From Isurus oxyrinchus (Eukaryota): DNA of 64,000 nt. The translations under genes and the position numbers were made by a program. Position 1 is the stretch's first letter; each line of letters opens with the position of its first letter. Where the stretch lies: positions 97,154,001 through 97,218,000 of the forward strand of contig JANJGN010000007.1 in the NCBI GenBank assembly GCA_026770705.1, written 5' to 3'. The notes under the pieces are model-generated. The model saw only the letters and a list, made by a program, of their open reading frames with translations. It did not search any database and had not been told where the DNA came from. Of the stretch, positions 40,641 to 53,963 are shown in pieces.

Positions 40641-41200
40641 AACGACTTTAGCAATTTTTCTAGCTCATTCAAAATTGTGAATATATGAACTCCAAAGTGC
40701 CAATCTGTCTGCAGCTCCAAAATAATTTGACGATCTATTTTATGTTGCCGCTCATTAATCTCACTTTCATAATGGGTTATTCATGTTTCTCTGCCTTCAA
40801 CTGTGCCTTCCAAGTGTTTGCCAATTTAAAATTCTGCCCATCTCCATTGGAATAAGCTATCATTCTCTCATTGTTAATCAAAGTTCCCAGCATTGTTTCA
40901 CTAAGATTTTCTTTTACATTTCACTCCGAATATCCATGTCTGATTAATGCGTAAAAAGTAATTGCAGTCCAAATAACAACCCATTTTAGACCCGCTGCAC
41001 ACACTCCTTCAGTCAGAATAAAAGACCGTCACTGAATCTCTCTGCTTCCTGCATCACAAGCCAATGATGAACCCACGACGCCATTTCAATTATAAGCCTA
41101 TGGTCTTCAATTTGTTAAGAAAAATCACTTTAATATAATCAAATGTGAAAAGCCAGTTCACACAGTGGTTAATTTAAATTTATTTTCCTGCGTTGGTTCT

Positions 41201-41321
41201 TCAAATCTCAGCTTTACCCTGCGCATTAACTGCACTCATTTTCTTCTCGGTGTTCTCCCCAAGGCTCGAAGAGCCACAACAGTGTACGTTACATTTTTTT
41301 CTCACTTATTCCTTGCTTAGT
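41201..41321 (-). pseudogene. Copy 2 terminal cytoplasmic exon with ITIM VTYTVV
   Basis: tttgtatttacag acceptor. With two A removed from the run at 41294-41300 it reads TKQGISEKNVTYTVVALRALGRTPRRK*. The second motif has decayed to AVNAQG. Confidence 0.72.
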
Positions 41322-41929
41322 CTGTAAATACAAACATTTGGGGCTAAAGTTAAACTTATGACATCCACTTCGCATGTTCCTATTTACTAGCGATACCTGT
41401 GACCAAAGACCTGTTAAGTACGCGTTCCTGTTATCATAATTAATTAACGGTCAGGCAATTTGCAAATATTTTGCAACTCGTTACTTGAATAATAAATAAG
41501 GAAAGCATTCAGTTTCCGTCGCATCAGTTGCCTCCATTTTGCCTATTTTGCGTAAGTAATAAAATTTAACTATTGCTTTATATTTTTCATTTGTAGAACT
41601 TGTAGAAATCACTGGAACTCTGCAGTGGAATGTTATTTTCAGTGTGAATTGTCTAGCCTATTCAGACATGTACCCAATGCAATGAGCTCTGATCGAAAAT
41701 AAAAGGGATGTGTACTCATTCTGCAGATATAATGACCCACACACAGAAACAACTCTACAATATTTCCATAAATGTCAAGTTATTCTGGAATTGCTGGTTC
41801 ATTCATGCAAAAGCGAAAATACTATGGATCCAGGAATTCTGAGATAAAATATTTCTAAAAACAAGTTGTGGAAATAAGGAACAGTTGTGGCAGCATTGGT
41901 CGATGGTTATTCAACACCATATTCAATAC

Positions 41930-43050
41930 AAACTTAAGAACTCTTACAACGGTAATTATTACACGCCCTCGCACCTAGCTTTCTGCAAGGATTCTATTCT
42001 AATCTCCCAGTTTCTCGCTCTCCATTGCATCTGTTCAGAAAATATAACCTTCCACATTAGCACTACTGTATGTCTTCTTTCTTTTCTCACACAAAATTTC
42101 CCACCCACCGTAGTTGATTAGGCTCACCACTGTCTCCGATCCGTTTCACACATTTTGATATCTTCCTTGCCCTTCGAATCTCCCCATCTTGCACTGACAA
42201 GCCTCCATATTCAACATGTCAGCCTCTCTTTATTTTGTAGCTCCAGTGTGATGCCACCAGCAAACACATTTTCCCATGTGCTCCCATTCAACATTGCGAA
42301 GGGACTGTTCCATCCATGAGGCCCTGTACAGTCCTCAGCAAAAACAAATGCCCCCTCCATTCCCTGCAACACTTTTCCAGTCAAGCAGAGAAGATGCATC
42401 ACCTGTTCTTTGACCTCTTCCCTTTTCAACATCCAAGGTCACAAACCCCTCTTCCAAGTGAAAAACGATTTAACTGCACACCTTCAATTTATTAAACGGT
42501 ATTCCCTGCCCAATGTGTTTTGCGCTCTACATTGTGGAGACCAAATGGATTTTGGAACATCTCTGTTCAGTCTGACCCTAAGCTTCCTATGGCAAACGAT
42601 AGTCATCCAGTGTTGGTTAATGCAAGTTCGTGGAACAACACCTGATCCATTGATTCAGCATTCTGCAGTCCTCTGAAATCAACACTGTGTTCAAGAATTT
42701 TGGATAATGACATCTGCCTCCTTGTTCTACATTTTTTCCTTCTTCTGAGGAGACATTGTTCCTTTATTTATTCGTTCATGTTGTATTCAGATGGTTATGA
42801 TGAAGCCGTTCACAGTGCTTCTAAACACATACTTTGTTTTCGTACCATTCTTACTACCAGTCCCTTTGCGTAATACATCATGAATTTGCTTTGCTATTCA
42901 ATTTCACGTATCCTCCACCCTATCAAAGATCTTTTGCTCTTCCTCCCCTCTTCCCTTTCGACTATTATAAAACTCTAACATTTCATTATTTCTTTTGTTC
43001 CGATGTCAGCAACCTGAACTTTTAACTCTTTCTCTCCAAAGTTGCTTCCT
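41930..43050 (+). mobile_element. Penelope-like element remnant (paralog of 9290-10450)
   Basis: SHLAFCKDSILISQFLALHCICS and a GIY-YIG-like region. Confidence 0.8.
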
Positions 43051-46000
43051 AGCCTATTGAATATTTCTAGTATGCTTTCTTTATTGTATTAGTTCAGGTT
43101 GATTCATGTTCCCCCCTACCTGTGCATATATTGTGGTATCTTCAAAACGTCTGGATTTGTCATTTTCTGGGTGCCAGTGAGATTCATGGTTATATAAATT
43201 AAACTCTCCTGAGCTCCTGTATATATGATCTGAAACTAACGAGATTTTATTGACGAAGGATATCCATATGCATGGGATAAGAAATGGCTTGGCACAGTCC
43301 AGGCAAAGGCAGGACTCTTCTGATATAATGAACCAAAGGCACGCTCATTCAGTTATGCGTTCAGCTGAATGACAGGTAAGTGTTTATAATGCTCATTATT
43401 ATATGTTCATATTGGTTTTACTTTTAATTGAAGCTCCCCTTCACCCCCAACATCAGTTGTACTAGCAACACCGGCTTATCTCTTGCCCCACCAGCACAAC
43501 ACCCCTACCCCTCATTCCCACCAACTGGCTTTGTTCTTGCACGGAGTATAGATGCCACTCAACGTCCTCCATTACCATCCTCCACTCCACTTTGCTCGGG
43601 CTTGCCAGCTTTCCTCTGACATTGCAGGACTGGGGAGACTAAAGCTGCTAGAGATGCGAGGTATTGAGCGGAGCCGGTGGTGAGAGTGGGTTGCCACGGC
43701 AGATGAGTAGACCCGGAATTGTCAGAATGGTGGTGTGGCTGAAAGTGAGCTTAGGATGGGCGCATCAGGCGTTCTGGAGTGTGCTGTGGCCATGCCCAGT
43801 AGGTGCCAGGAGGTATGTTCAGTGTACCACGGGTACCTACGATGCCAGAATGAAGAACAGTTTGTACATTCCTGTCGCTTTAAAGACTCGTGCTCCTGAA
43901 CAGGATCACCGATGGGACCATCAGCTTGGTCCCCTTTCACTCTTCCATCCCCCAAGCCTGCAGCACGCTGGAGCCACTCAGGTGCTCCACAACTTTTGGA
44001 TTTCAGCATAAGTGGGATCCCGGGAAGATCAGGTACATTTGGTGCCCGCACGAGAAGCAAATATATGCTGCTATTTGGGACTGTGTAATAGGCATCTATT
44101 AGTTTATAAAATGCTGTACTACATTTTTGGCAGCTCTTGTTCAATCTCTGCCTTAATCCTCATATGTCTCCATTATTATTTGTCTCCGTTACATTTACTT
44201 GTATTCTGTTTGATTTTTACCTGCATTACTATGCTGAATTTGTAGTATAATTATTTGCTAGTGTCATTCATAAAATACTATTTGGTGAATTGACCGCCTT
44301 TGCTGTTATTTTGGGAATTCTTCTGGGAATATAGCAAATTTATATCTAATCACCTCAGAGCAGGAACTTGTTATTCATTGTTGATCAATCATATTATATG
44401 CTCATTTTTATTTCCAGTGTATTAATTTGGCTTTCATTTACTGCGCTGAAATATGTCATTCATTCCGAAATATCATGCTAATGAACCTCCTCGCATCATT
44501 TTACATATAATGCTATCAACAAATCAGCTATTCATTTATACTCGATTATACTTCTTTTTCCTTAATTACATCAATTGCAGTTACCCCAAATATACGTTCT
44601 GGTTGCGAGTTCAGATTGTGACCATTCTCCGGAGAAAGGATTTTTTTTCAGGAATTACTTTTGATCTTCTTATTGCCTATTGAATAGAAACGATCCCTAA
44701 ATTGGGTCTTCCCTGAAATTGGAAACATTGTTTTCTGTGTCTGCCTTCTCAAACTCTTTCCCTATCTCAAACATCTCCGACAAGCTACCACTCAGTCTGC
44801 TCTTTTATCCGAACTGAGTTGCTGGGAGTGTTCATTTTTTTTCCTGAAAAGTGTAACATCTCAGTCCTTTCATTGTTTCATGCACATTATTGCACCTCCA
44901 ATAATGCCTTTCTATCCTCCATATAACATACAGACTCGAATGTTCACGGTGTGCAAATGAGTTTCAATTAATGCTCTAAAACGTTTGTGCAATATTTCTG
45001 TTTTTCAATTTGATCCCCCTAGAAAGGACATCATCTTGTTGTTGTGGTTATTGTTTTATGGCAATCATTATCTTAGTGATTTCTGGATTGGTACCCCCAG
45101 ATTCTGGATTAATTGTATTTTCAGTTTCATATTTGAATACGATTCCCATATTTACTTCTATCTCTGAAATTAAACTATTTTCTATCGTTTTCTCGTCATT
45201 TTTCATATTTTTTCTTTTTCCAGAGTTCTACCGTCACTCACTTTATTGAACATATTTTGTTATATATATGGAATAAATGCACAGATGCAATCCTCCAGAC
45301 CAGGTGCACGTCCTTTCTGAATGTGAGAAGCATATCAATTATCAATTCGCTTTGTAGCCTAAATGTCCACAATTAAATCGGAAAAAAAACCTCGTCTTCT
45401 GATGTGATACCCACTACGTTCGCTTACCTTTAAGTGCAGAGGGAAGTTCATTATTTGCTATTTGGTGTATGTCAGTGTCATTAGCTTGCGTCAGCCCGGT
45501 GCATTCCTAGGCTGTTCTAATTCTACAGCCATTGTGTCCTTCCTGCGGCTGTGCAATTCTATTTATTTTAAATTAATTGATAATTGGATTTTTTACATTG
45601 TGTTTGCTTTCCTATTTTTTGCTAATTTTTTTTTCTTCCAATTAATTTTCCACTAGTGTTCTGGATATGGGTTTCGTGTATTTTATTTCCTTTGTTTTCA
45701 GTTCTGCTCTTGTTTTGTTACTCAAACGTAATGTCGCACTGCTGGGCAGAATGTTCTCGGATAGTTTCTTTTTCATATAATTTAAGTGTCTGTTTAAGGG
45801 TTAAGCATTTGTGCTTTTGACGGTTGCTTCTACATTACAAGGAAACAAGATGACTATCTTAACTACAATGCTAACTCTTCTAATCCAGCCAAAATCAGCA
45901 GGCTGTATTTCTCTCTATGGAACATCTCAAAATAATTTGTTTCATTTCAAGTGTTATCTAAATTGAAGTTCGTGTGTGTATAAAGATTACATAACGGAAT

Positions 46001-46228
46001 GGACCGGGGTTAATTATGTCTTTTGAGAGGGGTAAAGCCACGTATTCTAAATTAATTTAGTGATAAAGCGACATAACGTAAGTTGTTGGTGGATGTTTTG
46101 GATGTCATTGTTGCTGTATGATGTTATCTAATAGCATCATACAAAAATACAAGGAATTTGTGAGGAAGGAATGGTAAAAATCGCAGGGTTCTTTAAAATT
46201 CCCGCCTATTTCTAAGTATGAAATTTAC

Positions 46229-46272
46229 CTGTTCATTGCGCTGATTACGTTCTTTTGGTTTTCTGAATATCC
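46229..46272 (-). pseudogene. Copy 2 basic juxtamembrane exon
   Basis: Strong acceptor ttcctcatttacttctcctttag, 44 nt GIFRKPKERNQRNEQ, CAG|GTAAAT donor. Phase 1 to 0 links the TM exon to the ITIM exon. Confidence 0.78.
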
Positions 46273-46892
46273 CTAAAGGAGAAGTAAATGAGGAAATAGA
46301 TGCATCAATTCGTTTGAAACAGCATAGTAAAATGCTACAACTGGTATCATGAATGTGGATCCTGAAAAACACAGAAGCCTGGTTACCAAGTTCATATGCA
46401 ATTCTTCATCAGCTCTGTTCAATAATACATACAACAGTCGATCATCTACTGTTGCATTTTTAAGCATGTGCGTAAAGAAAAAATAAATCCTAGAAAATGA
46501 ATGAGTTAAAATCCAGGCGGTACTAACAGGTTGAAATTTTACGATATTTGCTGTCTTCAGAGTAAAACCTGAAACATGCTGTTCAAGATTAACTTCACCG
46601 CAAACCAGGCTCCAGTAACTGATCAAAGTATCAAAGGTACTGGGAGCAATGCAACCGCGGGGTAAATCGAATTGGCTAACTGCGCTGAAGCACATGACAA
46701 TGAGCACTGTTCCAATGAATGAACTCACCAAGTGCAGATAACAGAAACTGATATAGCACCATAAAATTGGAGCAATTATTAGTGTGCAGTATATTTGTGG
46801 ACTTTGCGCTTAGTATTGACACTTTGCGAGCAATTAACCCCATCTGAACAGTTCCTCCAATAGCGACTAAATAAATAGAAGCTGGTACTTAC

Positions 46893-46985
46893 CGCTTCGA
46901 ATCACAGTGGAAATTGCAATCGGGATAGGTACCAATCCTCCACCAAGACAAACGAATATCATTAGATAAGAAAGGTCATCGTAGC
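46893..46985 (-). pseudogene. Copy 2 transmembrane exon
   Basis: 93 nt GYDDLSYLMIFVCLGGGLVPIPIAISTVIRS, perfect GTAAGT donor, acceptor AG>CG at 46987. Confidence 0.82.
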
Positions 46986-47689
46986 CGGCGAGAATAATTT
47001 GCATATATATACGTAATTTGCAAGATATTTGCAGCGTTAGAGGGTAATCATAACTGCCAAAAGAAATTCCAAATGCTTCTTTTTCCTTTTCAGCCACGTG
47101 CTGTATTCATAGTAAACGCACATAAATATTGCCAATGAGGATTCTGCGTTAGATAGAAAGTAAACACAGGGACACATTCCTGCGAAGTTTCTGTGTTAGA
47201 TACAAAGCAAGCACAGTAAAATAAAAATCCTATGACGGTCCACTGGCAGATACACGGAAAACAGGGGAATATTCCCGGCGATTACTCACAATCAGACTGA
47301 CAGTCCCAATCCTTGTTGCGCCAACCTGATTATTCTTAACAAGATTCCTGAGACAGCAAAGTACTGCAGGCGTTGGAAATCTGAAATACGTTTTTTTAAA
47401 AAATGGTTCAAGTACTCGCCAGTTCTGACAGTATCTTCAAAGAAAGACACATTTAACGGATTAGCCCTACGGCCTTTCGCCAGGTATACTTATTAGTTTT
47501 GCTCATGTTGTTCTATTTGTTTTGTTACTCTGTTACAGGAGGCAAATGAAATATATCATGGGTTCAGAAAAAAATACCGAGCAGCTTTAAGTTGGACATC
47601 CACGAAGCACTGGGGAGAATATGTAGAATCATAACTGTACTCAACTAAAATATCTAAGCTCATGGCCGGCCATATTGCTCACTACACCA

Positions 47690-49230
47690 ATATCATCGTG
47701 CCTGGGTAACAACCTACTTCAATTGGGAATGCAGGAGAGCAGCAATAAGTATACCTAAACATGATGTGCCAAGCTGGTGAAAACATAACACAGAACAACA
47801 TTCATGCTAAACAGTAGCGGGAGCATGCGATAAACAAAAATCAGTAAACTCACAATTAATCAGGTCAAATTACGTAGCCTTGTCAATTCCATGTAATAAT
47901 TGTTGCGGAGAAATGAACCACCAATTGAAAGACTCAGCTCCACCAACATCCGCACCCTCAAAAGCCTGCACACTAATACTCAGTTTGGGCTCCGTCAGGA
48001 AGAGTCGAGTCCAGAAGCCATTAGAGCATTTGTCCCACATGGATAAAAAGCTCAATTACAGATGTGAGACAAGAGAGACGTTTATTGAACTCAAGGAAGC
48101 ACTTCATCCAGTATGGTATCAAGGAGCCCTGCCTATATTGAAGCTAATGAGAATAAGCGGGTGGGGTGGGGGGGGGGGGGGCAATACCTGCACTGTTTGC
48201 ATTCATACCTCACGCAAAGGCAAGGTGGTCGTGTTTATTGGAGGCCAATACTTCCAGCTGAAACACATAACTACTAGAGGTTTTAACCTGAACCAAAGCA
48301 TCATTAATTCATTAATGAAAGACCTTCGCTCCATAATTTGGTAAGAAGGGGGATGTTCATTAATGATTGTACATAATTCACTACCATTAGTGGCTCCTTA
48401 GGTACTGCATCAGTCAAAGGCCGCATGCTGAAATAAAACTGGACAACATTCAGAGACCTGCTAGTAGGGGCATATAACTTTCGCTCCACAGAAGCACCAT
48501 CTCTAATAAGAATGAATCTATAAATCTCACCATGACACTCAACAGCATTACGTTTGCTGAAACCACAACCATCAAACATCCTGGGGGTTGTTTTTGACCA
48601 CGTTATCAACGCCAGCCATATATATATTGTAACAACAAAGCAGGTAATTCACTGGGAATTCTGCAGCGTATAGCACACCTCCGGGCTTCACAACAACTGT
48701 TCACCTTTTACAAGTCATAGGTCAATAGTCAGTCACATTTGAGATGCCTATTCATGGCACATCCTTCAGGACGGCATGTGGAGACTTTCTGACCAAATTG
48801 AAAAATCTTCCCTTTCTTAAGATTATATTTAATAAAAAAGATATTCCGTCCTCACAAAAAAAGCAGCTGGTGATGGGATATTGTCCACCTGCAAGGATGA
48901 GTTCAGCACCAAAAACATTAAAGAAGCTCGACTCTGACCAAAACCTTCAGCATTAGCCTTGTCCACCACTGACACGAGGTGGACAGCAGCGTTTATTATC
49001 CATATGATGCATTGACGCAACTCGCCAAACCTCTTTCGAAAACATCTTTAAAATACGTAATTCTACCACCTTGTAAGGCATGGGAAGCAAACGCAAAGGA
49101 ACATCGCCACATGCAAGTACTCTTCCAATCCATACGCAGTTATGACGTCCATCTACAAAGCCGTTTCCTCATTATCCTCGGTGAATATACTGGAACTCTC
49201 TTTCTAGCCGCACCATGGACTTAACTAGAC
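47690..49230 (+). mobile_element. Degenerate CR1-clade LINE (paralog of 15120-16660)
   Basis: aaccatcaaacatcctgggggttgtttttgacc and aagaagctcgac motifs. Confidence 0.7.
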
Positions 49231-50384
49231 CCATGGACTGAGCAGTTTAATAATATGGTTCGATCAACTCCTTTTCAAGGGAAATGAAGAATAGACATAT
49301 ACACACTGAGCTAGTGGTGCTCATGTTCCAAAAGGAATAATACAAATAAACTGAATATGGAGTTATTAAAGTGGAATTGAATATTCTGAAAGGGAAGTGG
49401 CCCCCGATCCAGCTAAAAATGCACGAAATGATTCGAAGACAAGATTAGAATCAGCAAAAAGCAGGGTTCGCTGCCTCAGGACCCTGAACAATTATAAAAG
49501 ACTTCGTTTGGAACTAATTGTCATCTGGGCAAATTGTCTTCACCTGTGGTGACTCCAGTAACGCCCAAGTACATCTGCTGAGATAGTAAGATTCTGCTTA
49601 CTCAATTTCCATTCAGAGGCATTGCTGGAAATTACGCCATTTCGTGTGCACCACAAATTGGCCTAAACTAGGTGTTTCCCTCAGGCACTACAAAAGGCAA
49701 TTATGAGTCCCTGAAGTTAATATCCTCCAGGGGTCCGCTAACGGCCAGAATTTTTAAAAAAATCTCAAATTTGCAGTTTTCAACTTCTATTTGTAGCTGC
49801 GTCATGAACAGAGCAGTAACTGCTAGGCGTCGAGCCTTCTGTGGGCTACGAGTCAAATCTCCAATTACGCTACAACAGGCAAGTTTCAATTTACAGGCAG
49901 TAATCCATTAATTCAACGAAATCACTAGCTGCATCTATCCTTTTTTTGTGCTTGGGATAGTTTACAGATTTGATATAATCTTTAGAAAGGGAAGATTTTT
50001 CAATTTAGCCTTCAACCTGAAAGATGCTTACGTCTGCAACATGGGCGAAGAGCTTTGAGGATTCATTTGTAACTACCTGTATCTGCAACTGCTTTAAAGG
50101 ACTTAGTTTCCACACGCCGTCCTTAAGGAGGTGTTCTGCATAGCATATCAAGTTTGAAGCTCAAAAGGACGGCCATGCTCAAATACCAAACTGTGAGCAA
50201 ATCTACCCGGCAAAAAAATATCGTTGGACATGAGCAATAGGTCGAGCATTCCCTAACTGTAAGTCATAGATTCTACTGTTGCAATGTTGTTGTGCGGTGA
50301 TTGATGCAACTAGCGCCTGAAAATTACCATAATTGTCTAAGCATTTCACAATACAACATAATTAATATAATTTGTTCACCGTAC

Positions 50385-50690
50385 CCAAACTGAAGAAGGT
50401 CTAGTTGATATTGGTTGGCATCCGAAGAGAGATGTGAGACACCTGACACGTGAAAACTGTCTCGCTCTCCACAGGCTGTGTCTCAGTTAGATTACTCGAA
50501 ACCTCATACAATCCTGTCGTGTTCTGCTGCTTGATTTCTTCCATTGCCTCTCCAAGTTCTGATCCATTTTTATACCAAGTGATGTTCAGATGCTCCGGGA
50601 AATACGCAGCTGTTACACACACAAGAGTCAGAGGAACTGATGAGTGGCCCTCCGACCGTTTGATGACTATCTGGAGAGGTGTTGGAGGGA
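50385..50690 (-). pseudogene. Copy 2 C1-set Ig exon
   Basis: 306 nt, phase 1-1: VPPTPLQIVIKRSEGHSSVPLTLVCVTAAYFPEHLNITWYKNGSELGEAMEEIKQQNTTGLYEVSSNLTETQPVESETVFTCQVSHISLRMPTNIN*TFFSL. C1 hallmarks LVC..YFP..I.W, Y..SS.L and FTCQVSH; TAG at 50403-50401. Confidence 0.93.
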
Positions 50691-51519
50691 CTACAAAAAA
50701 AATGTTTGTTTTTAAGTCCAGTCTTAGGTACCAGAACATAAGGCAAATTCTATCGCTGGGAAACCCAGAAAGACATCATAAAACCACAGCGAACTTTCAC
50801 AACCTTATTATGTTTTTTCCTGAGTATCTGTATGGCCTCGTACAACTAAAGGCCCCTCCTGAGACCGCAAAAAGCTGCCACCCAAAACATTGTATCCAGA
50901 TATTATCAATTGGGTCGAAATCGCATTCAAAGATGTAAAACTTATTTAATGTAAATTCGATGGATGCTCAATGTGATGTTTGTGTAAATAATGTGTTATC
51001 TTTACCCTGACTGTTCTACAGCCAGATGTAGATAAAAGCCCCCGACTAAACTCCTGATTAATCTGCTTGTTAATAGTGAGAACTAGATTCTGCGCAAATC
51101 ATTGCCAGCTATCGTCGGGACAGAGCAATGACTGCACTCTCCATTAATTGGCTGCTTGTGTGCGTTTTTTTTTTAAAGAGAACAACTTGTGAAATTTGAG
51201 TTGAAGGATTAGAGTTTTGCATATTCTTTCTTTATAGGTTACATTCACATTTTAGAGTTATCGTGATTCAAGTTAAAGCTTTGCTTTTTCTTTGAACCTG
51301 GCACTCAGATAAAGGTTAACTGTCATTTCGCAACATGTAGAAAAGTGATACCCTGTAAGGTAAACGTTACAAATGATCTATCTTGGAAACCAATGCTGTC
51401 TGCAAATACAAATGCACATTGTTTTCAATTTAATGCATGGAACGCAACGACTGAGTCATATCACGGCTTTTTATGGAAAGCAAACATACATGGAGGTCAA
51501 ATGTATTTGCATTATCAAT

Positions 51520-52083
51520 ACAAAAACAAAAACAGAATTACCTGGAAAAACTCAGCAGGTCTGGCAGCATCGGCGGAGAAGAAAAGATTTGACGTTTCGA
51601 GTCCTCATGACCCTTCGACAGAACTTGAGTTCGAATCCAAGAAAGAGTTGAAATATAAGCTGGTTTAATGTGTGTGTGTGGGGGGCGGAGAGAGAGAGAG
51701 AGAGAGGTGGAGTGGGGGTGTGGTTGTAGGGACAAACAAGCAGTGATAGAAGCAGATCATCAAAAGATGTCAACAACTTGTTGACATATTTTGATGATCT
51801 GCTTATATCACTGCTTGTTTGTCCCTACAACCACACCCCCACTCCACCTCTCTCTCTCTCTCTCTCTCTCTCCGCACCCCACACACACACCTTAAACCAG
51901 CTTATATTTCAACTCTTTCTTGAACTCCAACTCAAGTTCTGTTGAAGGGTCATGAGGACTCGAAACAGCAACTCTTTTCTTCTCCACCGATGCTGCCCTG
52001 CCAGACCTGCTGAGTTTTTCCAGGTAATTCTGTTTTTGTTTTTGTTTTGGATTTGCAGCATCCGCAGTTTTTTTGTTTTTATC
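51520..52083. mobile_element. Palindromic Penelope terminal-repeat insertion with 14-bp TSD
   Basis: Inverted arms 51520-51776 and 51778-52045 with a 1-nt spacer; TSD tttgcattatcaat at 51506-51519 and 52084-52097; absent at about 18775 in copy 1. Confidence 0.9.
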
Positions 52084-53458
52084 TTTGCATTATCAATGCT
52101 TATTTGCACATCTGAGTGCTTGGCTTATTTAGTACCTTTTATAGTTCAGTAAAAAATCTAATTTATATATAAAGGTTATAACGCAGCTTCCTATAAGTTA
52201 TATTTCATTCAATTTACTTCTTGAAGCTCCGAATGCTAGTTGAAAACATAATTTCATTCATTCAATACTCATTATTGACAGAATTTCTCAAATAAAGGCG
52301 AAAGTTTATGTAGAAACAATCGCTAATCAATGACGTATTTCGAATCTGTTCATGACAAATATTGAAGTGAAAAATGGGTGTTCAAATTAAATCATCCAGA
52401 ATGAGGGGAAGTGCTCTTTTCTAGCTGGAGTTATACTTTGAATTAATGATAAGGGTTGTGCTGTTGCATGACAATCATCTCAGCACTGGCAGATCTCATC
52501 AAACTTCCACTGTTCTGCCGCTTAGGTGTAGCCACATTCAGCTGCTTCATCAATGAACATCCTTCCATCCAAAGTCAGCATTTGTCTTTGGATCAGTTCC
52601 ATTCACAATTCATGTTCTCTGAAAAATGATAAGCAACATTCGTGCGAATAGGGTGACAATTACTTGCCATCTCGCGTAAGTGTCTATACTTCTACACGCG
52701 ACGTGAATGGCATTACAATCAACAATCTGGATTTCAGAATTAGGAGTTTACACTTTCTGACTTCTTAATACGGTAATAAAATGTAGCGAGCAAATAAGGA
52801 TTCTGGCGTGAGTGACTCACCATCCAACTCTACGAATAGTTTGCATCACCTCCGCTGCGCAGTTCAGGGAAGTGAGAGAACTATCTCCACTTACCTGGAT
52901 GATTTCAGCTGTATCAAATTTCAACAAGAGATCAAACACCGAAAGTGAAGTATTCTGATTGTCTGATACCCCAGTCATGACTCGAAACATTAAATCTGAA
53001 CGCCAACAGAGCTAACGTTTCGAATGCCTATTCTCAACAAAGTACAATGCAGCAATACGTCAAAACTACTGCGACTACACGTTCCAGCTCCTGCACCGCC
53101 AATACATAGAAGTACATGTGTAGAAAGCACCTGGGAATATGCAGCCGTTCAGACAATAACTCAAACATCATCCTGATGTATGCAGCTATCGCAATTCGTC
53201 TTGTCGTGGTTGGGTCAAAATCCAGGAACTAACTACTTAATAGCATTGTGGCATTATTTTCAATGAACGAGATGCAAGGCTTCGTGAAAGCGACTTACCA
53301 CCACTTCGAAACAGCAAATAGAGATGGGAAATAAACGCTGCACCTGTCATTAAAGCTCAAAATTATTGAAATTATTGAATGAATCAATAAAGACCCATTT
53401 TCTTAATCAAAGAGCAAATAATCGCTCCGAAATTATACAACGTATGCGGTCACCAAGG

Positions 53459-53460
<2 letters not shown>

Positions 53461-53493
<33 letters not shown>

Positions 53494-53540
53494 GTGGGGA
53501 GGCGGGGGGGGGGGGTGGTGGTGGGGGGGGGGGGGGGTGG
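53461..53540. repeat. (GT)n microsatellite plus G-runs next to the V exon donor
   Basis: About 15 GT units followed by long G tracts; short at the paralogous site 20150-20170. Confidence 0.9.
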
Positions 53541-53570
53541 TGTCTGATTACGCCTCTCGCTGACACTCAC

Positions 53571-53882
53571 CATATACAACTATTTTAGTGCCGGTTCCGT
53601 TTACAACCACTGGATATGTAACCCTGCAGCAATAGAGACCGGCATCCTCGTATCTCACGTCCTCCAATTTTAAGGCAGCTCCACCTTGATTTAGGTAATA
53701 AAGCCAGATTCTACTGTCCAAACTTTCCTCCAAAATCCCTTCCCTCCTGTCTCTCTACCAATGCACTTTCGCTGGCCTCTTCTCTAAAAAGATGGGATAC
53801 GTGCAGTAAAGAGTAACTGTGTCGCCTCTCGTCACTGCGAACTCGGCAGCTTCTGTCCCGGTCGATGAAGGTTGACGAGCGC
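53571..53882 (-). pseudogene. Copy 2 V-set exon with germline J-like motif
   Basis: 312 nt, phase 1-1: GARQPSSTGTEAAEFAVTRGDTVTLYCTYPIFLEKRPAKVHW*RDRREGILEESLDSRIWLYYLNQGGAALKLEDVRYEDAGLYCCRVTYPVVVNGTGTKIVVY. B-strand Cys, C-strand Trp, DxGxYxC and GxGT are present. TAG at 53757-53755 (CAG in copy 1); GTGAGT donor. Confidence 0.93.
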
Positions 53883-53963
53883 CTGTCAAAAAAAGATTAA
53901 ACTCAACATTTAGCAGCCTAGCTGACAAAAATTCAGAGAGAGAAAAGAAACACAAATACACAC

